Shown one piece after another: positions 48,424 through 61,200 of a DNA stretch of 64,000 bases (position 1 is the first letter of the stretch; every line of letters begins with the position of its first letter). The notes under the pieces are model-generated. The model was not told where the DNA came from and searched no databases. It saw nothing but the letters and a program-made list of their open reading frames with translations. This stretch comes from Psammoneis japonica (Eukaryota): the NCBI GenBank assembly GCA_008632985.1, contig QPGO01000236.1, positions 1-64,000 on the forward strand, read 5' to 3'. Position numbers and translations under genes: made by a program.

Positions 48424-49389
48424 TCAAGTGTGTGCCATCTCCGACGACAACTTTACGTTACCGCGAAGCAATGGCGAATTGAGTGGAGTGGCTAGCGTGT
48501 GACGTCTGGCACAGTGACAGCAAAAAAACAGTTCAGTTGAGTTCTTAAGTAAAATTGGCCATTTCGCGACGGGTGGACACTTCCGTTCCAAGTGTGTCGG
48601 AGTGGGACGTCGCATGTGCTGGCTGGTTGACTGAGAAGTCTCCTCTTTCTTGGTGCACTTGTGGAAGACGAGATGTTTCACGTCTCTGCTGTGCCACAAA
48701 AAGTCGCCATCATGGCAATCCGCCGTGAAGGACTCGTACATCCACTCTCCCGCGTACGACGCGAACAGCGGATCTAGCGCCACCACCACGGTCCCAGCAC
48801 GACACAACTTCGAAAGCATCGCCTCTGCCTTCTGCTGTGTGTTCTTGTCGTCAACCATGCGGGAGTTGCAGTTGTTGAAGAACACCTTGAGTCCTTTCTT
48901 TTTCCACAAAGGAGCCAGCCTCTCGTCCAAGAATGACTTGTTGATCAACTCTAACCCGCCGTTCGAGCGAAGGCCAGCATGATGAGCCCAACGCACAGCC
49001 TCTTGGTGACGATCGTGGTCGGCCTCGATGCTCACCACGGTGCAACGGCGACGAAGTAACTTGAGCCCGATGCTGGGTCCGGCAACTCCCCCGCCCATGT
49101 CGACAGATGCATCGCAGGTGTGATTCACGCCAAGAAGGCATTCGTTCAAAAACACTTCGCTGCTCAAAGCGAAGCCAACTTCGCCGCCGTGCGAAGATCC
49201 GCTTCCGTCTCTGGAGACACGCCTGCTCTGGAACGCGGAGTCCGGAGCCGTTTGAAGACAAAACTCCCTGACACTTCTGCAACGATGGTTCATCGCATCC
49301 AACCTTGTGGCAACATCAACCTTGCTTGCAGCGGGTTCGACCAGACGACGCGTTTCCAAACCAAACTGTGACGTGCGCAGAATGCGCAA
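48424..49389 (-). pseudogene. DOT1-like class I SAM-dependent methyltransferase
   Basis: VDMGGGVAG (motif I), VVSIEADHDRH..A, INKSFLD, VFFNN and L.RAGTVVVAL.PL match the DOT1 order D(L/M)G.G.G / GIE...R / vifvNN / G..ivs. Confidence 0.6.
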
Positions 49390-49740
49390 AATTACCGTCG
49401 CGCCCTCTGCGCACGCGAAATTTTCAAACGCGGTGTGCTGCCTCTACCTGCGCATGGAGCGACGTGTGAAGTCATTTTAAACAGATGTGCAGACGCGTTG
49501 AAATGACAAGACGCCTTCAGGCGGTAAAATTTGTTTTGAATCTCGGACTGCTTCTCATCATCACCGTACTTGTACATCCGTGTAATTCAAACGCACGAGC
49601 TGGCACGGCACGTGACGCACTTCTACGCGAGAACTCGCACTGAGATTGCCGTGGGATGATCCTCCCTCCGCGGAGACAAAAACAAGGCGACAACACTTCC
49701 GTCATTGTGTTTTGAAACACATTTCAAATTGAGACACACC

Positions 49741-51172
49741 ATGTCACAACTGCCTCGTGCCTCGCTGCATCATCCTCCCAATGACAAGCACTTGTCGCAA
49801 TCGAGTTACAGCCGGTCTCGACAGTGTGGGGGTTTGGGACGTGCAGCTCGCAGCCCGACAACAAGCAAATGCTTCTCGCGATTGGGTTTCGACCCCACTC
49901 CCCTGGAGTCCGCCGGTCCCTGTCAACAGAGTTTTGCTTTGGGTGCTCTTGAGGCAACGGAAAGCAGACACATCTCTCGATTGGGTTTTGACCCCACTCC
50001 CCTGGAGTCCGCCGGTCCCTGTCGACAGAGTTCTGCTTTGGGCACTGTTGAGACGACAGTGACAGTGTCAAGCAGCGGAACATTTGCCGGCAAGTTCGCA
50101 CACACATTCTCTGCGAACACCGCATCGTCAATGTGCACCAGGACACGAGAACGTGTTGAGGTCTCAACCGCCACTTCGTAAGGCCCACCGCAGCCGCAGG
50201 CGAATCCGCAGCCGCGCCAGCAGGAAAACATCCAAGATTGCTCGCCTCGTTCCACTCGCACCGTGCGCCACTGAGAGTCTCTCCGTGCACTGCGCAGCTG
50301 GCCACACTCTGGTTTGTGACGGCGACTACACTCAGCCTGCACCACCTTGTCTTGCTGACATTGACTTTGCCGAATTGGCTCCTCTGCTCGTCTGTGACCC
50401 TGTGCTCGATCTGAAGCCTTTCTTTGGCTTGGACGGTTGCCGCTGCGACAACACCTGCACCCTGCTGCCGCATTCTGCTGTGGTGTTCAGCTCCCCCAAC
50501 CCAGCAGAACTAGTTGCTCAGTGCCGAGCGCTCGAAGCACTAGAATGCTGCACCGCCCAGTCCACCGTGCGCGGCAAACAACGTGTTACCTTCATGGAGA
50601 CGGACAGGAGCAAGCATTCCACGATTGGCCTGGCTGCCACGAGGGACGCTCGAATTTCTTGCAAGCAGCCTGGCACAGCTGACCAACACACTCACCACCT
50701 CACCAGACTTCTTTCACGCATGGAGCACCTTGTCAATGAGCGCGTGGACCATGCCATCCTTGAGGGTGTCACTCGTGTCAAAAAGTTTCACAACTGGAAA
50801 TCCCTGGCAAGGTCAGATGGCATTTTCTCCTCTCTGGCGGCTGGGCGCAATGTCTTCCTCAACGCCCATCGGGACCAGGACTTCTTCCTGTCAGCAGTCA
50901 CCATGGTGGGAGTCCCTCCGTCCGGCAGCTGCAACATGAATGACGGGATTGTGGCACACTTCTGCTTCCCTGCCGAAGGCATCTCCGTTGCACTCCGGCT
51001 TGGTGATGTCATCATTTTTAACCCCACCAAGTGCCACTGCATCTCCAGCAGGACAAACTCAAACGACGAGTTCTTCTGCATGTCTCTCTGCCTGAAGAGT
51101 GCTGCAGTGGGCAAGAATGACAATTCAATCCCCCTTTCTCTAGAGGAAGAGACCATTCTCAGGCGACTGTGA
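49741..51172 (+). pseudogene. 2OG-Fe(II) dioxygenase, TET/JBP-like
   Basis: LNAHRDQD (HxD at 50867-50875), VALRLGDVIIFNPTKCHC (distal His at 51035), CMSLCLK (expected SLYLK). Main ORF 50084-51172; N-terminus from Met 49741 includes a ~100-bp tandem duplication and a frameshift. Confidence 0.6.
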
Positions 51173-51394
51173 CAGCACAAAATAACTTGCTAAATTTGCA
51201 TAAATTTGCTGACTTTCTGTGCTCAGGCGACTGTGCAGGTGCCTGCCAATTTGCTGGATTTGCACAAATTTGCCGACTTTCTGTTCTTCCTCGTTCCCAT
51301 TTTTCGAACCACAACTGGGGCTACGCCTTTCCAACTAATGCCACAGTTTCGCTGAAAAACACCAACACACTGTGCTGCTAATTTGCAGAGCACA

Positions 51395-52881
51395 CTACAC
51401 GGCAAACGTTTTGCCAGACGCAGAGCTTCTCCCCCCCGACTTGGGGAGTGGACGTGATTTCTTCTTCCGATTCATGGCACCCGACGTCGCCTTCCTCTTC
51501 TTCTTCTTCTTCTCCGATTCGTCCAAGTTGCATCTGCAGAGAAATTCCTCCCCGGGCATGATTCGCTTTGTGACTGCCAAGCACCCGTCGTTGTAGAACT
51601 CGCAGTTGTTGTCCGCGTGTTGGCTTGCCTTGATCTTCTTCTTGTCCTTGAATGACTCGGTGGCATCGTTCACGCAGTGCATTCTGAGGTAGAGTGGATG
51701 GGAATTCTTGTTCCCTGGACCGCTAAAATCAAGCGGTTTTGGCTCCACTGTGACGCAGCAGCCCTCGCTGTCATGGATGGTGGAGCAGCACACGCTGTGG
51801 TCTTCTCCAAACTTGCTGTCGTGGTCGCACCACGAGCAGCTCCTCGTCGCACCGGGCACCCTGGGGCCCACGTAGATTCCAACCGCACTGCCTTTCTGGA
51901 ACTGGCGCAAAGCAAAAAAACCAATGCCTGCGCCCCTCCGTTGCGATGCGCGCAGCTCGCCCACCTCCACCTCCTTGGGGCCTGCGGAGCGAACGGACTT
52001 TTCGAGGCAAAACAACGCAGGTTAAGTGACACGGCGCCTCATCCAAATGTGCACACTTCTGCACTTGCTCTCTTCACGAGATGGACCAGTGCGAGCGACC
52101 ACCCCGCTTCGAAAGCCTCGACGGCGGTCTTGAACACTTTGTTGCTCTTCGGTGTCAAGTCTGGGATGCCCCTCTCGCCGACTTCCGTGCGGCACCTCCA
52201 CACCCACTTGCAGTGTTCGCCGTGAGCATTCGCGACGGCTTCAGGGTCGCTCCTGATGCACCCCAGTTCTCCCAGCGCAGGGAACCAGAGGTCGGGATTG
52301 TTCGGCGCATCCTTCATCAGGCACATGGACTCCTGGAATTTATCGGATTTTTCGTGCCGCAACACCCAGTCCCACAAGTCGAATGACGGATCGTTGGGGT
52401 CCAGAAATTGCTTTCCTTCTTCTTCCTCTTCCGCCGTTGCTTTCGGGACCACTTTGGCCGCCGGCTTGGCTGCCTCCTCGCTTTTGCCGCTGCAAAAAGG
52501 CAGGACCTCCGGTTTCACAAAGGTGGCCTGATCACCCACCAACTCGATCTTGCAACCGGCCTTGAGGAGCTGCTCGGCGGTGCAACCCAGCTGCTGTGCT
52601 TCATTCCAACCACAGATTTGAAAGGTTGGCTCCGGCGGCACGGCTTTCTCACTCTTTTCAGTTTGGGGCTGCGCCGGCTTCTCCGACATCCTTGCGCATT
52701 CGGACTCAACGGACACACCCTCGGCACTTCCCTCGGCGCCAAGTGCAGTCATGGCAGCTGCCGCCGTGCCTTCGGCGCCCGTGAGTTCTGCCATGACTTC
52801 TGGAGCTGCTGCATCCTCTGCTTTGCCAGACGCAACGATGTTGTCCTCCACCATTCTAGCGCCGTGATGACAGAGCTGCAC
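51395..52881 (-). pseudogene. SET-domain lysine methyltransferase (SET in 51395-52015; probable N-terminus 52039-52881)
   Basis: GAGIGFFALRQFQKGSAVGIYVG, MHCVND (expected HYxN(D/H)), NCEF, TKRIMPGEEFLCRCN (expected GEE....Y), basic tail. Confidence 0.8.
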
Positions 52882-54252
52882 TCACTGCTGTGTGGTGTGC
52901 TGCTCCATTCCAGCCGTTGGCGATCCACATCCTTCTGCGCACGCAAACGCATGACACTTCGCACCAAATTCCACGTGGCGCGTCTGCACCTGTCTGCGTC
53001 CGTCTTCACTGCTGTGCGCACTACGGCACTGCAGCGCACCCTTTCAAACCTTCATCAATGTTCATTTTTTCCTTCCTTTTCCTTTTCTCTTCTTCTTCTA
53101 TCTGGCTGGGAGGAACTGCTGGACAGCCGGCCTTGTTTTATGAAGGCGATGAGGACTGTTTGAGAAACAAGGCAGCATCAGTTGCCCTTTGTCAAGGGTG
53201 GTCGGTTGCTGCTTTTTTTAGCTCGAATTCAGCCGAACAGCTCGTGTTTTGCATGATTTTTCCTGAATTTCACCGTGCTTCACCGTGAAAACAACAAGCC
53301 ACAAGTCTGTGACGGAGGTGGCCCGTCTGCCAACTCTCATTTGTTTTGTGTTTGTCATGTGTCAAAGATTGCACACACATGAAAAGTTGGCAGACGGCAA
53401 ACTGCGTTTGTGAGAAATGTCGACATTGCCGTCATCGTCGTGCTTCGATCGCGGTGCATGATGTTCTCGTTTCATGCGCGATTGGGGGTGAATGCAAACA
53501 ATTTTTGCACTCAAAAATGAACACTGCAAATGTCCTTGTTCAAATGCCACGGCAATTCTAGGACAAACACGGGGATGACCCCCTGCTTCAATGGAGTGGC
53601 GCACTTTCAAAAATTCGGTGCGCATGCCTGATCTGCACAAAACACACGCATGTAAAAATGCACTGCAAAATTCGTAGAGATGTTTGTTTGAATTCACTTC
53701 ACACACAAACATCACAGCAACGATGCCGGCGACATTGGCAATGGATGCACACAACAACGACAGCGGACTGGGAGGTTGTGATGCACCGAGACAACAACTG
53801 ACATGATGAGAAATGAGATGTCAATGTCAAATGACAATGATCGAGTTGTTTTGGGAGCTGGTTGAGCCATTGGTGACGAAGGGTTTTTGGCATGTGCAGC
53901 TTGGTGCTGAAATCACGCAGAGGTTTTGGCCGCGGTGGGACTGTTGTTTTTCACTTTTTTTGGGGTGCATTTTGTGTTTTCTCGGTCGACCGCATTGATG
54001 AAGCACTGAAGTGAGCATGCGACAACAGATTTTGACGAAAAGTTGGATTTTCATTCATCATGGAGGATCAGCACGGGGTTTTTAACACGGTGAAGCACGG
54101 GGGGACGATTTTTTCACCAGATTTGCAAGATCCTGTCTCCCACCCAATTCGCGTGCGTGATGTTAGTGGATTGATGTATTTTTCACATGCAAGAAGTGCA
54201 ACAACGTCGACATGCCCGACATGACAGACTTCCCGTGCTGTTGTCGTAATGA

Positions 54253-55250
54253 GTGAAATCTTGTTGTGTTCGGTGCGCAGAGTCCAGTGCCATTTGTCCG
54301 CATGCAGACAAGCGCCAGCAGCAACTTGACGAAACCCAAGACGAAGACACCGCTTTTGTTGCCATTGTGTTTGAAAGACTTCCAATGGACTGCAAGGCAA
54401 AGATGTTCTCCAATCTTTCTTTGGATGATTTAAGTGCAGTGGCTGTTTGCAGCAGGGGGTGCAATGAAGCGCGCAACAATGAATCGCTCAATCGAGAACG
54501 AATCGCTGCCATTTTCTTCACCAACAAGAGCACTTCAGACTCATTCCGCAATGTCATCAGGAAAGCAAATGAGAACAATGCCTTTGGAGAAATCTGTGCT
54601 GCTCTTGCAATCAGTGGAGTGGAAAAATGTCGCACTCGCCCTCTTGGTTTTGGACAACTGCCACAAATCCGAAAGTTGGCAATTTCCACTTCAGATCCCA
54701 ACAACAACACGTCAACTCGATGGGACGATACAGAATCCCTTTCCACATTTGTTCAGATGTGCCCAAACGCTCCTGAACTAGAACTAAATGGCATCAAGGC
54801 ATCCGGAGCATTTTGGAGAACAACCTCACATGCCCTTTTGAGCGCAAGGAGGGTCGTTTTGAATCATTGCACCGTTTCCACAGTTCACACAGCAGACGCT
54901 GCTCCGCCGAGCATGACTGACCTTTGCTTCAACAACACTTTATTCGAGAGTAGACATGGGGCACCATTTCGTGACGAAAGATTTTTTTACTTCATTCCTC
55001 TGACAATCTTGAGCGTGTGAGTGTCGCCAATGCATTGCATCCGCATTGGGGTCACAGGTCAGTTCTGAGTGGTCGTCACTGGTGGTGTGCTTGTGCTTTT
55101 GAAGGACCATTGCCTCTAGAGTTCATTGTCAACATTGTTCTTGTTCAAAGCCGGCCCACTCTTTGTTGGCTTAGAAGTGATGTGCTGTCAGCTGACAACC
55201 TGGCCATGTTGCAGAACAAGAGACCCGACATTGAGTTCATGTCGAAATGA
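54253..55250 (+). pseudogene. F-box/LRR-like protein
   Basis: FERLPMDCKAKMFSNLSLDDLSAVAVCSRG is an F-box consensus; CPNAPELEL and a C-terminal LCWLRSD..L..DNLAMLQNKRPDIEF resemble LRR-type diatom F-box proteins. Confidence 0.65.
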
Positions 55251-55299
55251 TGATGATGCAGCGCACGCCAGGCGTGCAGTGGGTGGGCCCTCTGGTGTG

Positions 55300-58200
55300 T
55301 GGAGTGCAGCAGCGCGACCTCTTGCATGGCAAGAGGAGACATCACATGACACAAAACAGTTGCCACAGACACACGCACAAATGGTCTAATCATGTTTTCT
55401 TGTCCATGGCTGCACAACAACAGATGATCAGCTGTGGTGGCGATCGATGGATTTGTCGTCGCGCTGCGCAGAAACGGGAAAAGATTTGTGCGAGGTCCAA
55501 GTTTCTCAAAGCAACACAACCAACATTCAGCACACCAAAAATCTTGGCTGCCAACAATGAAGCCAAACCCTTCTGCTGCTGTTTGAACTCTGACTGCACA
55601 GGCAGCCCCAGCACAAGGCCCTGAGCAGAAAAGCCAGTCCCAGCGAAGTGGCCAAAAGTGCAGAAGAGCTGCTCAACACAAACCAAAGTGCAGTTGAGGG
55701 GTGCAAGCCAAGGCTTTGGCTTCTTGCACCTCTGTGGTGTCACAGCCTCTGAGACTGTCCCACAGCTTGCCCAGCCAATTCGGCCACCTTGGGTGGGCGG
55801 CACCTCTTGCTTCTGCTCAACTTTCCTGCTGCTGCCAGCTGAAGCAACAAAACAGAACATCAAACATCCACTGATGTCCTGCTCCAGGACTCTGGCACAC
55901 TGCATCCATGCTGCACACAACCCTTTGTCAAAAAAGACCCTGACAATGTCATGAGCTGCATGCCCAAACACACACGCCCACATCACCAACCAACTTTTGT
56001 CAATCACTTGTGCTCTGACAATTTGCCAATGAGCTGCTGACCTGAAGTTCCAAGCCTTCCACTGGAAGTTGTTGTTCAGTGTGCAAAAGGGCTGCCCCAC
56101 AGATTTTGGAGCAAGACTCAATTTTTGAAAAATCATGTGGGTCGCAGAAATCAGCATCCACAGGCAGGCCTGCAGCACAGCAACAAGCTCATTCCATCAT
56201 GCCGCAGCTGTCACCATGAAAAAGCTCTTGTTGCACTTTTTTTCTTGTTTCCTTGTTTCCTTGTTCATTGCCCCAGCTGGTGCCACAGAGACTGGCTCAT
56301 GAACAGCCCAAAACAGCAGTGCACTTGCCAATGGAGGTGCTGCTCATAAGTTGCAGTGTGACAACTTCAGCTCTGTTGCAGATCTGCAGTCTTTTGGACT
56401 GGCACTCCTTGTGACTCTGAAGATGAAGAGATTGTGATGTTGAAAAAAAACTTGTTGAGGCTCTTGGCCAACAAACATGCCAAAGTCAGGCACTCTTTTT
56501 CATCCCCTTTTTTCTCAAGAATTTGAGAGCTGGCTTTTTGTGCAGCAGGTCAACACTTTTGCCGTGGCACTCAACATTTGTTGGTGCATGTCAGCAAATG
56601 GCATGATTTCCTTTGACACCTTTGCATCCCCAGAGACACAAAAGTTGTCCAAGCTGCTGTGTCGGTGCTCTTTTTGCTCTGTGGAGGAGAAGGCACACTC
56701 AGCATCACAGCTGCATTGACAAAAGTGACAAGAGCAAAGATGGGGTGCCCGCTGATGATGTCAATCTTTGGAGCACCAAGGGGTGGCTCAAGCCACAGAC
56801 TCAAATGGAGGTGTGCTGTTGCGTGCAGGGTGTGGTTGTGGGACAGCCCAAAAATGTCTTTGCTCAAAAGAAACCCCAACCGGCAACTTGACCCCAGCTG
56901 GCAAAGAAGGAAAAAGGGCAGGAGAGACAACTGCAAAGCTCTCAGACTGGGGCTGGGCAAGATGAATGACCACTTCAAACTCTCAAGTGTTTTGTTCCAA
57001 GCTGTTCAAGGTTGGGGTGGGAATGACCAAGGTGACATGTGCCGCAGGTGCATGCCTGGCTTTGACAGGCGGCTGCAAAAACTTGTGGGACAAGCACCAA
57101 AAACATTGCAAAGATGAGCTGGCCAGCTGTGGGTGCTGCCTCACCCAGACAAACAAACAGGTCAAGAGCGTGCTCTTTGCCACTTGCAGCAATGCACACA
57201 GCAACAATGCATGTTGCTCTCCTTTGATGGCTTGCTGGATCTTGAGCAGCACTTTCAAAACATGCTTTGGGTGCAGTCATGAACACATGAAGGTTTGTCT
57301 GCAGTGCCTTGTGGATCAAGTGAAGCACTGTTCTTGCCAAGTTCTTCTAAAATTTGATCCATCATTGTCTGCAATGCCTGGAAAGTCAGCCAGAAGAAAA
57401 AACCAGCAGAGCACTGCTGTGTGCAACCCCCCAAGAGAGGTGCACACTCCTCTCTGACCAAAGTGGGTTTGAAAGCTGGCACCTTGGATGATGAAAAGCT
57501 GTTGTCTTGGACAATGTTGGCATGACAGAGTCATGCAGCTGCGCACCATGCAGACTTTCTTGTTGAAAGTGTGCCCCCTGGAGGGCATGGCCAAAAAGAC
57601 TTGCAAGATTTTTTCTGTCTGGGGGCTCAACAGCATTGCTGCCAGTTGACAGCCTCTTTGCAAGGAATGCCACAAAAAGAGTGGCAAAGTTGGTTTTGGC
57701 CCCTCTGCTCAGAACAGCAACACTCGCAGGTCTTTTGAAGGTCTTTGACAATCTCCTCTTGTGCAGTTGCAGTGTGAGCAGCCAGTGCTTGGCCCTCTTT
57801 TAAAAAATCCCTGCTGTGACCCATCTCAAGAGCATCACTTTTGTGTGCCATCTGTTGTTGGTGAGGAGGCTGCAGCCCAAATCTAAAGTGCTGGGTCCTC
57901 TGTGACCAAGCTCAGCAGGTCTTTCTCCATGAGCACATGCCAACAAATGCCTTTTCGTTGCTGAGGTGCTTGCACTCAATTCTTGCATGTGATGCACAGC
58001 ACACCAGCCCAACATTTTTGGCTGCTTTGGATGCCGTCTGCTGAACCTCGCCAAGCAAGTCATGCTGCTGTTGTTGACACATCCCTTGCAGAGCTGTTGG
58101 CAGTCACATCGTTTCCATCAACAGTGAGGTCTGTTGTCACCATGACAACAAACACAATTTCTGCTGCAGCACGCCATTCTTGCACCGGCAATTGTCTTTG

Positions 58201-61200
58201 GCAAGGCTGGCTGGATGGCCCTGACAGGAGGTGCTTCCCATGATTTGTTCAAGACTTCAGCATTCGCAATCTGAGCCAACTGCTAAAAACCTCCAGCAAC
58301 CAAAAAGCATCACCTGCCAACATCACCAAGCTCCAACAGGCTGGCTTCTTGATGAAAAGGCTGGAACTGTCGCGTCAACGTTCACTCGCCATCACCTGGC
58401 TGGCAACAACTTGGACATTCGGCTGAGGGAGCTTGAGAATGTACACTGTCTTCCATGTGTGTTCTTCAATGCATGAGACTTTGGGTGACAGATGCTGCGC
58501 TGACCCATGCATTCGTCAGGAACAATGGTGCACCATTTGTCAGGAAGGGACAAATCCAAACAGCGCACCATGCATCAATGTGCCATCAAGTCCAAGAGGA
58601 GAAAAGACCTGCAGAAACCCCATCAATGTCTCAACCAATCACACATTGCACAGGCCCTCTCCAGCCCACTGGCTCTCTAGAGAGGGCCCCAACCAATGAG
58701 ATTGGTCTGGGGTTCAAAATGAGAACAAAGCCCATCTTCTCTTCTTCTTTTGTGCAATCAAGAACTTCTTGTTCTTGACAAGTCTACCATGTGCATGTGT
58801 GTCAGTTCCAGTGCAAATGCGGGATGCTTCTCGTTTTCTCTCAATTCTTGTTGGTTGTCGAGCAGTGCAATTCTTCTTCTCGCAATTTTGATTTTGGTCA
58901 AACCGCACCTGCTGGATTGTCCGCACTTTGCTGTTTCACTCTCTGGAGTGCAAACTGCCGCAAGCCCACAACAATGTCTCACTTCTGCTCATGTGCTGTG
59001 TTTCTTGTGGATGACTTTGGTTGGTCAATTTGCACTCGAGTCTCAAACCAAAGAAAATCCATCTGTCCCTGCTGTTGCATGACAACATCGAGTCACATCA
59101 TGCACAATGTGTTTTACCCGATGGACTTCCTCACACATGTTGTGAACAATGACAGCAACTGACAGCAGCACAAGACGAGTCACCAATCCAAGTTGCAAGA
59201 ATTGTGGATCCAAAAGTTGTCTTGGGTGGACGTGCTTCTCAAAAACTCCTCAAGGCGCGCTTGGCTGCTGGGGCACTCTGTGTGATGACACCCGGAATGT
59301 GGGTTGACATGGTCGAATGTGTGCAAGCCATTGTGGATGTGGGTTGCACCCCACTTCCTCAGGGCAGCAAAACAGGCTTGACACAAGTGCAACACACAGC
59401 TGCTGATGAGAGTCAGTGCATCACGGCGACATGTTGCAGCCTTTGAATGTCACAAAGGGCGTGACAAAAATGACCTTTTGTCTGCATGCACACTGCATTG
59501 TGAATTCACAGCGGAGTGGTTCATCGCAACCATTGGACAGGAGGCCAGGGGTTCAAAACCCTGAGCGGGAGTTGTCTGCAGCAACGTTGATCACTGTCAA
59601 ACACGCAAAACTCTGTGCAGTTCTGTGTGTTCCTTCGTGCGCACCCACACTGTTCCACCAAAACCGTGCAGTGTCAGTGCACATTAGCAAAGAGCCGCAT
59701 GGACGCGTGACACATGGGGAGGAGTGCAACACGCAGCTGCTGACAAGAGTCAATGCATCACGGCGACATGTTGCAGCCTTTAAATGTCACAAAGAGCGTG
59801 ACAAAAATGACCTTTTGTCTGCATGCATGCTGCACAAGGATCTGTTCCATGCTCAGCTCCATCATGGAGGCCAGCGGCAGTGGTGAATGTGAAGAAACCC
59901 AGCGCAACATTCCTCATTGACAACAGCAAACGCATCGTGTGTTTGGGTGCAGCTGGCTCAGCGACAATGGCATCCAAGGTTCAACTGTGGTTTCCAAACA
60001 GGGCATCGCATTTCATCTTAGGAAGTGTCTTTTTGAACCCCACCACGGCAGCTGTGGCATCTTGTTCGGCTTGGGTGGGATGCAACTTTGCCAGGGACAG
60101 GCTTCTGCACGGATCAAGCCATCTCATGGATCAAAACAAGTGGGGCAAAAATGTCATGTCCGTTGTCAATGCCTTGGCTGTTCATGTCATTGAAGATGAA
60201 GACTTTCCTTCAATTGTGGAAAAGCAATTCAGCCCACAGATGCCTGCACACAGCAAACACCGACGAGTTTGGAGAAGTTGTTGCATCTGATCTTTTTTTG
60301 ATTCCAGAACTTGTTTTGGCAGTTCAGCAGCTTGTGAGCATTCATTTGGTGTCAGCGTCGTCCCATGAGACTCATGTGCCGCCGTTGGACAGCTCACAGC
60401 TCTGCTTGTCAGTCGTGGGAAGCGCATCGTCCCACTTTTTCATGGCACAGAGCGCTTTGTTTGTTCTGACTCAGGATCTCCTCCAGACAGACAGATCAGT
60501 TGCACCCCATTTGTTTTTTGCAAATGACACGCAGCAAGGAAGCCAGCTCAGTCACTGCAAGACATTGCGAGGCCGGCAGGAGGCCCTCTGTCCTCTGTTG
60601 TCATGAAAAAGCCCTGTCGTGGCGTTTTGTTTGTCAGAAGAGGCTGCACGAGCACTTGCACTGGACACACGGGGAACCTTGTCACTTGCCAGTGCAGCCA
60701 GTCCAGTCGACATGGATGTCCCTTCTCTGAAGAGCCTCTTTGCGTCTGAGAAAGCTGACAAAACTAGCAACTTTAACAGGAAAATGAGGGCTAAACTGGA
60801 GCGCATGTTTGAGGTCGACAGCGATGTGTGCGACACGGCCAACTTCTCAAGCTCGTCAAAAGGGCCAGACCTGAGGAAGAGAAGAATCCGGTGGCCTCCA
60901 CGGAGGTGGAGAAAGTGTGAAATCAGAGGGGAAAGGTCATGTGTTTCTCGTCAGACCGAGAGCCGCGTTGTTGCACTTTCAACTTGTTTGGGGATCCCCT
61001 GCTGGAAGAGATGCTCTGTTGTGTTGCAAGCAGCTGCAACGCCGAAATTGCCTGTCGTGTGAGTCAGAAGTGGAAGGTGCTTGGGTGACACAATGTTTTG
61101 CCGAGAGCAAATTGAATCATGGACCAAAATTTCAAAATTTGAAAATGCCTTTTAATTGCTGCATTTGCCAAAAACCGTTGTCGTCAATTGGAAATGTGCA

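Noticed and set aside
55390..60430. Transposase or Ulp1/OTU protease in the right-hand region
   Set aside because: No motif set could be recognised with confidence; needs back-mutation and an HMM search.
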